DNA from: Octopus sinensis
Taxonomy: Eukaryota
Assembly: GCF_006345805.1 (NCBI RefSeq)
Contig: NC_043000.1
Span: 61,566,001 to 61,630,000 of the forward strand
Direction: 5' to 3'
DNA length: 64,000 bases
Shown here: positions 13,651 to 27,750 of the stretch, in pieces
How positions within the stretch are numbered: position 1 is the stretch's first letter
Layout: every line of letters starts with the position of its first letter
The notes under the pieces: model-generated
What the model was told of the DNA's origin: nothing
Seen by the model: only the letters and a program-made list of their open reading frames with translations
The model's database searches: none
Made by a program: the position numbers and the translations under genes

Positions 13651-16346
13651 CTACATTTGCCACGTCTTTCGAGGTATGTACGTGGCTATCTATAATCTTA
13701 CTTATCTGCCTCTGTAACTGTTTGTATACGTGGCACATGCACGCATACACCACGCACACCCGTACATTAGCAGACATGTATACGTGTTTATATTGTGAAA
13801 CTGGATATTCCTGTTACTTTACTGGATTTTGCCTATTTTTATATATTTGCATTAAATTTATTTTATGCAAGATAAAAGTGCACTTAAAACGAATGGTGCA
13901 TGCGACTTCGTGACTACATGCATATGTTCAGACACACTGCTTACACACTCACACATATATATGGTTGTTCATTGTAAGATAATGTAGCAACATAAAAGGT
14001 AACCTTAGTAACACTAAGTATAGCTTTCCAATGATTAGCAATTGATGAATTGTCATGAATATTAATGCTTTCGTAACCACCATTTTAATATTCCTTTTCC
14101 ATTAAAGAATGAGCTTATAAACTGCTGTACGGAACAATAATCTAATTTTATAAAATAGAAGTTCAGAGAAAAAAATACAGCAATGAAAAATCAGGTCGTA
14201 TTCTTACATGTCAAATAATCGATTAGATTTAGCTAACTTTGCGAATCAGACGATCTGCTAATTTGTTTATATTTAATACAAATCTGTGACTTGATGTTTT
14301 ATTGGAAACACATAAAATTTGTGTACAATAAATCGAAGTTTTTTGTTTTTTTAATTTGTCCATTGTTAATATCACACATGTGGGGAAATCTAATCTCGAT
14401 CATTGCATATTCTATCGTACACAATTCTGTTATTCAACCAGTGTAGCATTTTTGTAGGGATCCACCAGGAAAAACAGAAAAATAACGCAATTGTTATTTA
14501 GTACTGATTTAATACTGATTTAGCCGACTGATGGGTAAAGACATTCCACCCTGCCGTTTATTTTCATGTGTCCTGTATTCTAATACTATTTCAATGTACT
14601 TTTAGATACCATCATTCTTTAAAAATAGTAGGGTATCATTTAGAGTAATCTAACTGTTTTTTTTAGCTGTTTAATTGACCACATAACTGTTTAGTTCTGA
14701 CTCCCAGTTATCATCGTTTGGCCCCAGGTCAAGTCACATGAAAGCATTTATCTTGACGAGCCGGTTTTATTTCCGGATATTGTATCTAGGAACTCTTTTC
14801 CTTAACTAAATTGTTCGCTTTTCAGCTGCTAGTTTGAAGTGAGTTTAAATTGTTTATTTTTATAGGTTAAGTGACCACGTTTGATGCCCCTAATCGTTCT
14901 ACTTTTTTTAAAAGCTTAGGAGAGGGGTGAAGATTATCCTCTTTCATAACCTATAGCAAAGTTATTGAAGGAAGACTTTATTAAACATGGGCAAATTGCA
15001 GTAATCAGTACAGGATACAAACTGATAGTATCCTCTTCTCAACTACTAGTCCTAAAGAATCGAATACTGACCTGTTACATTACGCTTTAAAGTTATTTCA
15101 AAGCCAGTTCTTCGATACACATGTTTCTTGCACAAATATCATACATCTATTTAGCTTTTATCAATTACTTGTGAACAGTTTCATATCATACTTCGAAAAA
15201 TGGTTTTTACCTATTTTGTTATTTTTAAGTCAGATATGAAGAGAAAAGTAAAAAATCATGAGTGTTTCTTACAAACTCTAGAAAAGTTGATCTTAATGTA
15301 GTTTGTTTTCAGAGGGGGCTGACCAGTTGCTAGCTGTTTATTAGAAAAACCTTTATATTCTAGTGTAGTGCAGTAACACTTCCTTTATCCTGCAAACTTA
15401 GCTAATATGCCATATCATTTATGACTATATAACTTGCATGAACATTCCAAACAACATGAATTCTCAAGGTCATTTTTGAGGATTTCGTTTCAACAACTGT
15501 CATAGTAGTTTAAGAATGACTATTCACTTAAAGATAAAATGTTGACGGATATATTTTGCTGTTCAGAAGCGCGTTATATTATTAAGAGTAACATTGCCAT
15601 TATTTTTGAAAGAAAATAATGCCTACGTAATTCGTATCACTATTATATATTAAATGTTCAATTTATTTTATTTAGTTTCCGATAATGTGAAGTGGGATTG
15701 GCAATGCATATAAAGTAAAATTAAGGGGGATGTTTAAGGAATTACATTATACTTGGAGATTTTTGCTATTTCAAAATGCATCTCTAAGGTTTAATAATAT
15801 ACTTTGCGTGCATTGATATATATGAGCCATATTTAAGATATTAGGTTAAATAAATTACCATAGAATCTTGTCATTTTACTACTAAAATGATTTTCTAAAA
15901 GTTAAAAAAAATTCAGAAAAAATTGTACATAATAACAAAATCATATTTTGAACAGGAAAAGTTGTAACTGAAAATATAGTTGGCAGTAATACAAAGAACC
16001 ATTTCTCTTTTATCGTATTTCCTAAATACATTCACTATATTACACCGAATTATCTGAAAGCACCCGGTGTAAAATAAAATATAAAATTCAGAAAAATCGG
16101 AATAAACAGAATCGGTACAAAGGCTTATTTTTTTTTGTATTGTGTTTTTCGATATATCATAACTGTGCTAAAATCTTGCTAAGTTCGACAAAGCAATGTA
16201 TTTCAAGATCAATATAAGTAGTAAATATAACATACACGCATACGTTCTCTTTTCAAAGAAAGCATCTTCTTGTTCTTAAGGATAAAATTGCTAATATGTT
16301 CATAAATGACCAAAAATGACATTAACTACGTACTTCCACCATGAAT

Positions 16347-16410
<64 letters not shown>

Positions 16411-17217
16411 GAAAAGGAGATAGTTTATTAAAGACTGGACTATAAATGTTGATTTATTTCGTGTCATGAGTAAACAAATTTGAATTTAAGACACTCCAAT
16501 TTTGTGTAATCTTGTGAGGAGAATCTTGAAGACAAATTGCAAATTTTTTGGGGTTAGATACTAAAAATCATTCTAGAGGAATAAGTGCAGAATAAATATA
16601 TATTGTAAAGCAATGGTACTGGAAGTCAGCCAAACTTCCCATCAGTAAAAATGGATTTGTTAAAAGCTTCTTACTGTCAATTCCATGATTCTAGTGGGTT
16701 ATTGAAAAATAACAAGCACATAATGTTTATTTAGAAATATCTCCTCCTTTTCTATTACTGAAAAATTCTTACGTAGATTGTAAGTGTACATTATTAGATA
16801 AAATCAAAATGGACATTTTCAATCACAGTGATAAAAGGGGAAACGATATATAATAAAAGAAAGATAGGCTGTATTCGACCAGTACTGTCTAAACGGTTCT
16901 AATTTGCCTTTTGTTTATGTACGACTTTTCGGTTCATTTCTGCTGGGCAACCGAGGATCAGACATAATACGAAGCAAACTAAGAAATATTTTAATGTATT
17001 TATTAGAAAAATGAAATTCCTGCAATTATTGCACTTCAATGTAATCAATGGTAAATGCAGAGGAGGAGCACACGTGTCACGATCTGACCGAAACTTCCTC
17101 ACCTACTTCCGCTGTAGTACTACCAGAATATAATAAAGCGGAAACCTAACGTGATCGCCCAACTTGCTCCAAATAGACGCCAAACTTCCCTCAAATCACA
17201 TGCTTTGCTACTGTTTT

Positions 17218-17220
<3 letters not shown>

Positions 17221-17270
<50 letters not shown>

Positions 17271-17335
17271 AGAGAGAGGAAGAAAGAGAGAGAGAGAAAG
17301 AAAGAGAGAGAGTGAGAAAGAAAGAGAGAGAGACA
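17221..17335. repeat. (GA)n microsatellite
   Basis: Direct reading. Confidence 0.95.
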
Positions 17336-20300
17336 TTCGTTCAAAATAGTACTTGATACTCAGAAACAGGTCGGCATGGTAACGGCTGAAATACATTTGA
17401 TCATAGATATGCTGAACCTGACAATATTAGAGTTGGGGTTACTTAACGTTTGTAACACACATGCATTCAAAGGGTTGCTGCTAAACCTGCTAGAAATAGC
17501 AACCAAACATACTTCGATTCATAATCTGACACCTTGAGATAAAAAAATACGTTAGTTATAGTCCTAGATATCTCTAAAGAGATGGGATAACCGTGGTTTG
17601 AATAACTTTTGATATAGATCAATTCAGTCAGAGTTGATGCGAAGCTAAACAAGAACAATAATAAACTTAGAGACAAACGCAGTGCAGTGGAAAGAATACA
17701 AACAGGCTCAGGATGTCTCAAGCATTAAGTAAGATACATCACGACAGGTTGAACTTCGCAACCTTTTCGCAACTCGGAAGAGTTATGATATATCCTGAAC
17801 AAAATATCTGTGAATTACTGGTAGTTCTTTGAACAAATATTAGAATCCTATAGATTTATCATATCAGAAGTGATGTAGAGGTACACAGCCACAGTAAGAA
17901 GAAAAAAACCCTTACACGTTTGAGTAGATGATAAGTCATTCAAAAATATCCTGGATATATCAAGAAGTGATTTACTGACCAACACATTTCATAGGCTGGT
18001 GATGTTTTCTCTTTGCACTACATAGAGGTACTACAACGGATAATGATATTTTGTACAAGCTAACCGCATGTCATCTCCGCTTCGTGACATCCAACCACTT
18101 ACACAACTCTCAAATTCCTGCCACTTTAGATACGCCATACCTCCCAGACCCTACACTAAATCTTTGCCCAATCATTTTCTCTATGATAGCAATTACTTGA
18201 AGTTCAATAGCCGTCCTAATAGCAAACGTTTACCGATAAATATTACTTCTGAAAATCAACAAAGTCCTATATCAACGAACTGATATGAGTTTATATGTGT
18301 ACGTGTGTGCGCGCGCGTACAAGCATGCGCGTGTGTATTTTGTGTGAATATCTGTGTTTATATTAATGGTATCGAGCTGTGTCTGTTTATGTCTAAAATG
18401 TTAGTAATTCAATAGACTTTAATAGAAAAATTACCACGCTGAAGTAAGTACGACGGACGATATAATTAATTGAAACGTAGAAGTAAATTTATATAAGAAC
18501 AGTAGAAACATACAAGGAATTACTTAGCGTGGAACTGATATCAACATTAAAGTTTATTGATACAATTGGTTCACCGATATATTTTCTATTCGAATAGATA
18601 TTGTATAAAGAAGAGTAGCACTGAATTCTAAAATTTAATTCACATCTCTCCCACAACATCCAAATTTGCAATTATTAGCTTTTCAGCCAACTACCAGTTT
18701 ATTTCCTGTTCCCACTTTTCTTTTATACAATAGCATAATGTAATTTTCTCTCCTAACGATATTCCATAAACATACATATATATAATCGTTGTTTAATATT
18801 ATACTTTCTGACTGAATTTTTATCGAATGATTTTCTTATTCGAAAAAACTTATGTTGCACGAATTCATCGGTTTCAGCATCCGCTTACAATAACCTTAAG
18901 ATTCAGTGATCCTTCTAACACCTATGTTACACTTCATTGCCAATATAATTCTTCCTATTCACGGAAGTTAATCTCTTTTAAAATCATTAAGTTAAGATGT
19001 TCGTTACCTGCCGACCTCAAATATTATAGCCGTTTTATTGTTGACTTCACAACACAATTAAGAAGAATTAACTACATACTTTTGTTGTACAAGTAAATTA
19101 ACGTCATGGAATAGGAAATTTGAAACAATGTTTTTTTAAATATACCTTTTTTTGTTTATCATGTGGAGTTAAAGACGGCTGAGACAGCGAAACAGTTCGT
19201 AGCTCACACAAGTTATATGGTCTTGCTTTATAAATACATACATGTATACAAGGCAAATACACACACACTCACAAACACACATAATGCATTCATATATACA
19301 TACATACTTACATACAAACATATATACAGACATATGCACGTATATTAATATTCATGTACAAATACGTCATCACAAATAATTAATGAGCGCAAATGTTACT
19401 ATAGTGTATCGTCATTTAAATATCATAACCACAAAATTGCAGTCATAACTTTTAATATTATCTTCATCAGATTCATGCAGCGCTACTCACCTCACTTATA
19501 TACAGTACGGCTACTGAACATAAGAAAAGCGTTTCCACATAGACTCTAACATAGTTTCTATTTAAGCAATTATCTGAAGATATTACGAACGTATCTAAAT
19601 ATATTTACAATTAATTTCTTGATCCTAAAAGTAAAATTAAGACACAAACTAAGAAACAAAAACAAATAAAAAAGAAAACAAACTCATTTACTTTATTCAA
19701 TTCGTTCTCTATTTTCTTTCACCAATGTCTGCAACTTTAGTGTTGATTAAAAACAAGTAGCTTTGAATACATACCAATATTCAAAATATGATTAGTACAT
19801 TTTCTAATGAAGAAATCAATTAATATTCAACGCACGTTACATTGATTATATTTTATATTTTTTCTATATACTAATCTAAATTATTCAAGCTTCTTTAGAG
19901 TTTAGTAGATATTTTTATACGTAAATAAAGATGTTCTGTAGTAAGTTTTAACTCATACAGTAAAATGACATTTCAAAATTTCTACAATTTTTAAGGCACA
20001 AGCATCGTTGTGTACGAGTTTCACTTCGCAAACACATGCGGCTAGTTTCATCTAAGGACGCGATTTTTAGTTGGATAATTGTATTTCAATGTAGCCTCAG
20101 TTCGTGCAATGAAGACATACGTCCTCATTGCACAGAAACACACACATACATATACTCGTAAACATTTATATGTTTGTATCTTTTAAGTTTTACTTATTTC
20201 AGTGATTATATTGTTGCCATGATGGGGCACAGCCTTGAAGAAATTTAGTCGAGTGAATCGACTCCAGTATCTTTTTTTAAACCGTGTCTTTTGCCGAAAT

Positions 20301-20443
20301 GCTAGAATGCGGGAATGTAAAAACAGCAAATCCGTTGTCAAGAGGTGGAAGAGGACAAAGACAGATTCAAAGACACAACACATGTATGTGTGTATATGTA
20401 TGTATGTATGTTACATATGTGAGTATGTATATACTTCATATCT

Positions 20444-20680
20444 TATTTCTTTATTGCCCAAAAGGGGCTAAACATTGAGGGGACAAACAAAGGCAGACAA
20501 AGGGATTAAGTCGATTACATCGACCCTAGTGGGTAACTGGTACTTAATTTATCGACCCCGAAAGGATGAAAGGCAAAGTCGACCTCGGCGGAATTTGAAC
20601 TCAGAACGTAGCGGCAGACGAAATACGTCTAAGCATTTCGCCCGGCGTGCTAACGTTTCTGCCAGCTCGTCGCCTTATAG
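20444..20680 (-). mobile_element. tRNA-derived SINE family B, near-intact, 15-bp TSD
   Basis: Minus strand: ggcgacgagctggcagaaacgttagc..gagttcaaattccgccgaggtcgac..aataaagaaataa; perfect TSD atatacttcatatct at 20429-20443 and 20681-20695. Confidence 0.92.
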
Positions 20681-21316
20681 ATATACTTCATATCTAACGT
20701 ACATTGGTGAAAGTGAAGCCATTACTCTTCTAGAGATATTTTCGACAAGGTGGCCTCATAATATAACAGGAAAGCTAACAGATAAGTAATTCTGTAGCAA
20801 AACTTCATGCAAATCGTAAGCCCCACCTACTTATTCCATTCTGGAATGAACCCAGTAAGATTTTCGTTTGCTCTTTCTTATCCTTTAATGTGAAAACTAA
20901 TGTCGGAATGAAGTTTGCACCCCGTACAAATAAACTTTTCTAAAACAGTCATAAGTAACGGGAAAACTTCAACAGACACTTACTAACTATGTCTATAGTT
21001 ATCGTTTAGACGAACATACATGTTTAAAAAAAGACTTGTAAGCAAGAAAATTAGAAATGCCCACGCTCAAATGTGGAATATTGCTGATTAGATCAGAATT
21101 TAACACGGTGACGATATTTTAAGGTGTTGAATTCGTTTGATCCATGCGAAATCAGACAATAAGTTAAACGTTCAAGAATATGCAAGGACAGACGAAAGAA
21201 CAGACACACTACTGTGATCAAAGAACTCAAGGAGCTGCCTAATTTCCGAAATTAGATTTTCATTAGTTGTCTCCATGTATGTATGTATGTATGTATGTAT
21301 GTATGTATGTATGTAT

Positions 21317-21610
21317 GCGTGGCTTAGTGATTGAAGGGTTTCGGGTCATCGTACTCGCCGGTGCATTGTGTCCTTGTACAAAGCACTTTATTTCAAGTCG
21401 CTCCAGTCTACTCAGCTGGTAAAAAATAGTAGTAATTGTGTAGGGCTAACTTTATCGTATTCTGTGTTACGCTAAATCTCGCTGAGAACTACGTTAAGAG
21501 TACGCGTGTTAGTCCAGTGCTCAGCCACCTGCACGTTAATTTCATAGGCAGACTGTTTCGTTGAACGGCTCAACTGGCACAATTATCGTAATAACCGACG
21601 GCGTGCCAGT
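21317..21610 (+). mobile_element. tRNA-derived SINE family C, decayed
   Basis: gcgtggcttagtg head, gtccttg..aaagcacttt core, gagaactacgttaag..gtgctcagccac..accgacgg shared with 40575-40946 and 41472-41772. Confidence 0.8.
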
Positions 21611-21637
21611 TATATATATATATTATATATATATATA

Positions 21638-21653
21638 TCTTCTTCTTCTTCTT

Positions 21654-21745
<92 letters not shown>
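21638..21745. repeat. Compound (CTT)n-(ATT)n trinucleotide repeat
   Basis: Direct reading. Confidence 0.95.
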
Positions 21746-21748
<3 letters not shown>

Positions 21749-23324
21749 AAAGAGTTTAATTCATACCGAAGCTTTGCAGAAATTCGTCTCTTTCAGGGTT
21801 TAGACTAACGAATGAAAGCATGACAGTGATGAAGGAAATGAAAGTTTTAAAAATGAAAGTAATACAATAACAGTAAAAGTGTAAACTAAAGAAACGTTTG
21901 TGAATCTCTAATAACGAACTGGAAAATTATACTATTCCAACATATAAAAAATAAATAAATCCAGAAAAAGATATGCAGTGAATTATAACTCGTTTAATCT
22001 ATATAAGCCTACAAATAACTACATGCACATTCACAACATACGCATGCGTATGTGTGTGTGTGTGTGTGTGTGGTGTGTGTGTGTATGTGCGTATGTGCGT
22101 GCGTGTAACAATATTCTGACATTTTCTTAGATATATTTGTAGTTCATGAATCATGGATAACTCTAGCTACAAAGATTGACAGTAATAGTTAAAATATGTA
22201 TATATTATACAGCAATCAAGGAATCAGCAAATAAGTTGATGCATTCATACCTACATTTGTGTATATCTGCATATGCTTTTGTTTGTGTATGTGTATATGT
22301 GTGTGTTTGTATGTAAATATATAAATATAAATACACACAATCACACATACACACTCTCTCTCTCTCACACACACACACATATCGTCTTTTAATCTATTAA
22401 AGGTCGATAGGTATGTTATGCTTATGTTTTATGTTACATCCTTCCTGACAATTATAATATGCAAATTTATCCCTTTTCCAAAAAGTTGTTTTTATTTCAA
22501 ACTACTTATAATTAACACAGCGATGTAAGATACGTAGTTTCACTTGTCCACGGCTCCATACTCATTAACAAACTCTATTTAAATCAATAGCAATAAATAT
22601 TCATCATAGACATACCGAAACTAGCTTCTCGTATACTTTAGATAATATTCCGAAGCTAAAGGCGGTTAATTAGTAGAATCGTTGGAATATTGACATGGGT
22701 GCTTATAGTATTTGCTCCAGCTCTCTACGCTGCGTACCCATTTAGTCAAAGTCATTCATTTTGTTTCGCAGAGTCTAGAGATAATGTACTTTGGACGATT
22801 CGATTTTCAGTCCTTTTCAGCTTTCTTGAGATTGGATACTGACGAAAAATATTGTCTTATAAAAATATACATACCTGAAGAAAGGCAACGAAAAAATAAA
22901 GATTGTATTCTCTCACGAAACTTCTAAAGTAAGTATATGCCTGTAATTTTCGTGAGAGTGAAGGAAGTAACCGAAGATATTTTTTTTAATGTGACGGTGA
23001 CAGAAAGAAATTTCATAACACTTGTAAAATTTTTACTGAAGTAAATTTTTCAAATACATTTCTTTATTCGCTTGCTGGTTTCAGTGAGTGGACTGCGACC
23101 AAGCTGGGTCACCGCCTTCAAAGTTTTAATCGAAAAACTCGCCACCAGTACTTTTTGTGTTTTAAGTTTCGTAATCGTTTCGTCGGTCTCTTTGCTGAAC
23201 CACCAATTTATAGGGACATAAACAAACCAACGCCAGTTGGCATGCAGTGTGGACACAAACACAAGGACATGGACCTACCTACCTACCTACCTTCATGCAT
23301 ACATGCATACGTATATATACATGC

Positions 23325-23531
23325 GGCGAACTGGCAGAAACGTTAGCACGCCGGACGAAACGCTTAGCAGTATTTCGTCTGTCTTTACGTTCTGAGTTCA
23401 ACTTTCGCCGAGGTCAACTTTGCCTTTCATCGTTTTGGGGTCGATAAATAAAGCACCAGGTGTGCACTGGGGTCGAGCTAATCGACTTTATCCCTCCCCA
23501 AAAATTTCGGGCCTTGTGCCTAGAGAAAAAG
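23325..23531 (+). mobile_element. tRNA-derived SINE family B
   Basis: ggcgaactggcagaaacgttagcacgccgg..ttctgagttcaa..ggggtcgat..ggccttgtgcc; colinear with the 20444 copy. Confidence 0.88.
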
Positions 23532-23629
23532 TATATATACATGCATAAATACATACATACATGCATACATACATGCATGCATACATACATATACACATAC
23601 ACACACACACACACACATACACACATATA

Positions 23630-23725
23630 GGTGCTGGAGTTGCTGTGTGGCAAGCAGCTTGCTTACCAAACACATGGTTCCGGGATATTATGAAAAATCT
23701 TCCTTGTGACTGTATTTGAACTGTA
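23630..23725 (+). mobile_element. SINE family A 5' head fragment
   Basis: ggtgctggagttgctgtgtggcaagcagcttgcttaccaaacacatggttccggg matches the 4444 head. Confidence 0.7.
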
Positions 23726-26364
23726 TTATTATGACACCACAATGCAATTCTCTTAATATGCTTGTAATTTACAGTTTGTACGATATTCGCAACGAGCGTT
23801 AGTAAATACATGTCATTGATTGTGTAAAATAGGCCTGTTATTTAATGATGGACAATTGTGTTTCATTCTGTTAAGAACAGATTTGTGTCTAGTCCGCCTG
23901 CTAGCTGATCTATATACGCATTGATATTTCAATTTATATTTAGTCCTTAAAATTCGTTATATTTCGATAAAATAGTTTGCGGATACTTGCTTCGACATGT
24001 TTTTGTTACTAGTATCCTCGAAACAGTTTAGTACTTAGAAACATTATACATTTCTTGACTCAGAATGTTCTGTATAAGAATTAATATTCATATTTAGTCT
24101 GCTAATATTTTTAAGTGCGCCATTGCATCTCGTTTTTGCCATAATGCTTTGAAATGTTTAGCAAAACGCTTGCTGGTAATAAGGACACAATTGGCTTTCC
24201 TCATAATCGAACATTATTTCATGTTATTAGGATTCCTGACGAAGATTAACTCTTTCTTGACAGATTATATAAATATTCATGAAAACAAATAAAGGAAGCA
24301 TAAATCTTATCAACCTACAACACCATACGAGAAATGCAACTATATTAATGGATCAGGTTCACTAGATCACACCACCTATAAAGTGAATAAATGCAAGTTT
24401 TATCATGTTTTCTTAGATTCTATTGCAGATATCTTTAATGTGAAACAGCTGCTTTTCAATGCGCCTTATTATATTGCTGTTTAGACAGTCCCACAGTTTG
24501 CGAACTTTTCATGCTGGAAAGCCATAGTTAACTTAATGTTAACATCTATACTGTAGTGAACATGAACATGTTAATTAAAAATTCCTAAAATTCTTACTCT
24601 ATAAGGAAAACACAGCATTAGCTCAATGTTTATATGATTTATATAACTTCGGCAATGCGACAATACTAATGACCTATTTTTCTAAATATGCAAATTTTTT
24701 TGACACTTAAATCTATTCATTGTTATAGATATACATAAAATCTCTCTCATTTCCGCGTCGACATGTATGATGAAAGGCTAGACAGCATTATGCGTTGCAT
24801 TTCTTATAAAACATCAATGCTATTATTTTAAAACTCTCGACTGCCAATTACGTAATATAGCCAATATAGATTATGTAAACGATGTTCCCAACTATTGGTT
24901 ACATAATGTAAAACAAAATATTGAAGGGAATCTTTTCAAACCTGGCATCAAATTTGCAGGTAATATTTTTCAGCATAAAGATATATAGCGTGTAGGAGTA
25001 AATATTTACGAAGTAGGAAATCGTGATTATGAGTTGCATAACTGACTGTTTTTGCATTCTTAATGCTTAAAATTAGTTATGAGGAGAACTATATAAAGAC
25101 ATGCGTACTCACAAAAACACACGCATGAATACATAAATAACACAGACGAGCAAGTTAGTTATCTGGCCATTGTTTGGATCCCATATTGTTATGAAATAAA
25201 GATAGCATGTCTTTACAGAACATCACGCTACTTTTCAAGTTATCCGCCTCCGATTTTTTTTACCACAGAATTCTTCAAACAGCATTTTTTTTTCATGCAA
25301 AGGGTAATTAAAGATCATATTCAAATATAATTAACATTATTACTTGAAGGAGAATTTATTTGCAAAGCCAATTTTGTATGCTCGCTTCATTTTGCAAAAC
25401 ATAAAAAAAATATAATGAAATAAAGTAGATTTAATTATCTCAGGCATCAGTTAGTGATTTGAAATTTGCATTCGATGTTAATGAATAGCGAGTAAAGACA
25501 GCAACTTGTGATTTTGGGGGTCAAACTGACGCTAACACCTGTAAAATTCTAAAAAACAGAAACTCTTAAAGGAAAATTACGCTACACAAAATCTCTGAAG
25601 TTGTAAATCTTTACTAACACTCATATAAAATTGTGGATTTATATTTGTGATGATAAAGTCCGTCATACGCACACATACATATATATATATATATGTATGT
25701 ATATATATATTACTGTTGGCTTCTTATTACTCTTTACTGTTATATAAAACAGTTGACAATTTCAGTGTCGATAAATTAAGTGCCAGTCGGTGTAATCATC
25801 TATCCCCTTCTCCCAAATCCCAGGCCTTGTGTCTATAGTAGAAATGATTATATAAAACAGTTTCGAACGAATTAGTGTACATTAGAAACATATACATATT
25901 TCATGTGAAAAACTGCAGCACTCTTATCCACTTTTTAACAGACATGATAAAAAATACCCACTCATTCATGAACTCTTTACATGAGTTCTCTCCTTTTGCA
26001 GTCATAGTGAACTCAAATATAGTTGAATGGTAAAGAGTTCCATTCGGTTATAAATAGTTTCCTGATCAACCCCCCTATGCCTCCTTCCATAATCACGAGT
26101 CAATCAAAGCCTTTGGTGGCTGGTAGTTGGAAGCTGCTTAGCAGACTCTCTAAACAGTTGGTCCTGTTCTTGGACGGTAAATTAACTTTTAACCGGTTTA
26201 ACACCATCACCTAGAAATTGAATGCTGAGTTGTCAGCTCCGTTTACTTCAAATAGTCAGGCCATCTACAGTCTGGGGTGAATATTTCTTTGGCGAACCTG
26301 AACATGGTTATAAGCAGTGTCGTTTCTACTGTGATTTGAAAAAGAATCACCCAGAATTAGTGAG

Positions 26365-26771
26365 TTCTTTTATTCTTCTATTCTTTTATTTGTTCCAGTC
26401 ATTGACTGCAGCTATGCTCGAGCACTGCCTCGAAGGATTTTTAGGCGAACAATTCGACCTCAGAACTTAATATTTCTAAACCCAGTACTTATTCTATCGG
26501 TCTCTTTCGCCGAATCGCTCTTTATGGGGACATAAACACACAAACACCGGTTGTCAAGCGGTGAGTGGAGACAACACAGGCACGCCAACATACATATATA
26601 TATATACGACGGACTTCTTTCAGTTTCCGTCTCCCAAGTCCACTCACAAGGCTTTGGTCGGCATGAGGCTTTAGAAGAAAATACTTGCTCCATATGCTAC
26701 GTAGTGCGACTGAACCTGGACTCATGTGGTTGGGAAGCAAACTTCTTACCTCACAGCCACGCCCGTGCCTA
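26365..26771 (-). mobile_element. SINE family A, full length
   Basis: Reverse complement is colinear with 4444-4849, including internal (TA)n and gaataaaag tail. Confidence 0.88.
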
Positions 26772-27239
26772 TGAGTATACGTGCCATGTTTTCACTTGTA
26801 TTTGTAGTGCTTATAGAGTCAAAAGATGGCACAGACACCTTCGCGATTCCCCCAACCTTTTGCACACTGACACATGCAAGATGTGATAGCTGGAGAGACA
26901 CAAAGCGAGAGAGCAGCGTCAAAATTCTGCTGCTATATAGTTTGAGGTGTGTGAGGGGCTTGCATGTCAAAGAATAGACCCAACATTTCTTATGCGTGTC
27001 TTAAAAGGCAAATAAAAGTGGTTGAGGTAAGGTTTGCACTATGATCGGGTAAAATTATCGCCATCAAGGACAATCCAAACAGAATTATGGGTTGGAATTT
27101 TGTCGCCTGAGATTTAGAAAGATGTTATCCGCCAGAAGTATAGAATCACCGACAAATGGTGGATGGCGTGATAGGCTATAACAGCGCACGCTCAATATCT
27201 GACATGAATTGATTGCAGCAACTTGAAAAAGCTGTCTTG

Positions 27240-27482
27240 CTCATCGGCGCAACCTTCCACTCGGTTCCTGAATTGAACCATGACATTATGACCGTGTCGC
27301 GAACACCTCAACTATTAGACTTCGGGCTTTTACGTCCCCCTTTGACAATAGCATAAAGAACACAATCATATGGATATCTGATTAAGGACATCACTTCGCA
27401 ACCATGTCATTTCAGGTTTAACCTCACTGCATGGCTACCAATACCCTATGAGTACCCTTGGTATATAGAAACTATGTGGAAG

Positions 27483-27519
<37 letters not shown>

Positions 27520-27750
27520 GTGTGTGTGTCTGCGTGCACGTGCATGTGTGTGTGAGTGTGTATATATGTTCCCCCCACACTTAACCACTTGTGTTGATTT
27601 GGTTTACTTTCTGTAACCTAGCATTCCAGTAAAGGAGTACGATAAACAAATTCCATACTTTAAAGAATATGTACTGGTATCGAGATTTTCGATTGAACAT
27701 TTTAAAGTGGTGTCCAAGGATGACTGCAACTCTCTAACTCAAACTAGAAT
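27240..27750. mobile_element. Heavily decayed SINE fragments (family C head on -, family A pieces on +)
   Basis: Patchy similarity to the better copies in this window. Confidence 0.45.

Noticed and set aside
17040-17220. GCGGAAGT (ETS-like) and CACGTG next to (GA)n; short ORF MVNAEEEHTCHD...
   Set aside because: Short motifs expected by chance; no downstream gene structure supportable
22871-22940. CTGAAGA...GAAA cttctaaag TA hammerhead-like motif
   Set aside because: Stem II does not pair and stem I is out of register
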